From: Chrysemys picta bellii
Taxonomy: Eukaryota
Direction: 5' to 3'
Length of the DNA stretch: 64,000 nt
NCBI RefSeq assembly: GCF_011386835.1
Contig: NC_088801.1
Span: 77,500,001 to 77,564,000 of the forward strand
The notes below the pieces were generated by a model, which saw nothing but the letters and a program-made list of their open reading frames with translations, was not told the origin of the DNA and searched no databases. Below, piece by piece: positions 62,098 through 64,000 of this stretch. Every line of letters begins with the position of its first letter. Within the stretch, counting starts at the first letter, position 1. Both the position numbers and the translations under genes were made by a program.

Positions 62098-63639
62098 GGC
62101 CTCTCCTGCAGCCGTGCATCCTGGAGTGAGACTCCAACATCGCTGAGGTGTCCCGAGAGGCAGGGTCTAGTAGCACTCACTACTTAGATGGCGTGACATA
62201 TTGTTATTCCATCCGCTGTTTTCGCCTGCTTCTCGTTCATGGTCTTGGGCTGACGTTCCCAGGCTTAGCTTTGGCTGAAGGAGAGAGATTTTATTGTTGA
62301 AGTCTGAGCAGGTCTTTTCAGCAACATCTGATTTGAATGAAGATGGAGGGACCCAGCTCCCCCCGATTTCAGGAATGGGGAGAGACTGGGAGGGTGCCCC
62401 AGAATTGAGGAGGGAGGAGACAAAGAAATGAGCACCTGTAGGGTGGGGAAAAGACCTTGGAGAAGAGAGATGTGAGACCCTTCATATGGCCCCTATGTGT
62501 GTGGAGCCCAGAAGAGAGGGGGCAGCTCTGCTCCAGAAGGTTATGGAGTGTGTGGGGGGGGGGGAACAGGGTGACTCTCCCCTCCTCCCACCACCAAATC
62601 CTACAAGAAAGTAGCAGGCCAAGCAGCGCTTTGCTCCTTACTGGTCTTCAGCAAGTAGCCGACCGCTGCTGGGGAATATTGTATGGGTGGGGTGTAGTGG
62701 GAAGGAGGTTCCTGGGGGCCGATAGGGTACCCCTGTCGGTCTGGAGAATCTTCCAGACTCCTAGAAGCTTATCCAAAGCCCAACTCTTCCGTCCTGGATT
62801 TGAGCTGCTCACTAACATACGTGCACCCTCAGCTCCCCGGGGAGAACTGGCCCTGAAGACTTTCTGTGACTTGGCACACCCATGTGTGCTGGGTGGGCAT
62901 GGTGGGAATACAGAGGGGAATAGATAGCCAGTATTTCGCAAGAGGGCCAAGCTTGGTTTGGCAGGTTACAAAGGTGCAAGTCTGTGCTTCTGAGCATGCT
63001 CCCCATGAGCAGATAGCGACACACCCCCTTTGTGCTGTCCCCTCACCCTGCCTGCTTTTATCCTGGGTACCGCAGCATCCACGCTCAAAGGAAGCCATTT
63101 TGGGGAGCAGGCACGTGAGCGCGTTAGGGTAACAGCCCTGCCCAGGGTGGGACGGTGAGGAGTTGTGGGGAGCTGCCCCCCTCTGCCCAGCATGGTGCTG
63201 TAGAGATGGCACAGCAGGGTTGGGCCGAATGCCTTTGCTGCGTACTCAGACTCGTACCTCCCTGCGCTGTCCCCCCAAGTGTTCACTCTGCATGTGCACA
63301 GCTGACTCCACATCCCCCTCTCTGAAATGGGCAGGAAGAGCAAACCTGTATCTGACGAACAACGCGTGACAGCAATGAAATAGCCACACAGAGCAAGAAC
63401 AAGCAATCCTGCGAAGGGCCAGGCAGACGGCCCAACCCAGCAGCTTGTGTCAGGGGTTTATTCTGCCCTGGTAAGACAGTCAGCTACTCGTCCTTGGACT
63501 TCCTTGAATTCTCAAGATCTTCTGTAATCCCCCAGGAATGCAGGAGACCGTCTGTCTCTGCTGGCAGTCTCCTGGCAGGGAGAGGATCTGAAGGGGACAT
63601 GGCAGTGTGGGCAGCGGGCTGTTGCTCACAGGGTCAGTC

Positions 63640-64000
63640 TCAAGACAGTGACGGGTGCATTGGAGGTCCACCTGGCGATGCAACAAGATGATGCCAGTTC
63701 TGACAGATGATTCCTGCTGGCACAGCAGGATTGAGGGCTTCTGGCACGTCCCTGCGCTCTCCCCTCTTCTTGTGAATCGTGTCTCCAGATGTGATGATCT
63801 GAAGTCAGAGCTGCCAAGGGTTCGACTCTGTGGAGCCTGTCCCAGTCCCTCTTCTCACACCACATAGAGATCAGAGCTCCAGCATGCCAGGGTCGGGGTG
63901 AATGCCAGGCTGTCTCGCCTGCTTGTTCTGTGCCCTCGTGGTCATGCTGAACATTCACCATTCACTGCACAGGTGCTGAGGTGGGGACAGTGCACAGGAG
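63640..64000 (-). mobile_element. Possible very old RTE-type LINE 3' remnant
   Basis: Minus frame LAALTSDHHIWRH...CCASRNHLSELASS loosely resembles the RTE C-terminus (LA.DR..WR...C..C.R.C.SRIGL). Weak. Confidence 0.3.

Overview
This is vertebrate genomic DNA, most likely from a turtle: it carries a tortoise/Cry-type tRNA-derived SINE with a CR1 tail, turtle-like CR1s, and Penelope, DIRS and Utopia-like elements. I recognise no host protein-coding gene; the meaningful ORFs are transposon-derived and the rest look spurious. Retroelements present are several CR1 copies, an L2 fragment, and a Penelope-like element (RT thumb, GIY-YIG, two hammerhead motifs) interrupted by a solo LTR. Also present are a 5'-truncated Utopia/NeSL-type RLE element, an internally deleted DIRS1-like tyrosine-recombinase element with ITRs and ICR, a near-full-length decayed Vingi/Ingi-like LINE with a nested MITE, and four solo LTRs. 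hAT and PIF/Harbinger MITEs, SINEs and a GC-rich minisatellite make up the remainder. The best leads are junction-level signals: a U2-snRNA-like target at the Utopia 3' end, a template-switch hairpin at the DIRS right terminus, and Penelope hammerheads plus a mini-copy ending near the predicted cleavage site. Family names come from remembered consensus motifs, not from database searches.
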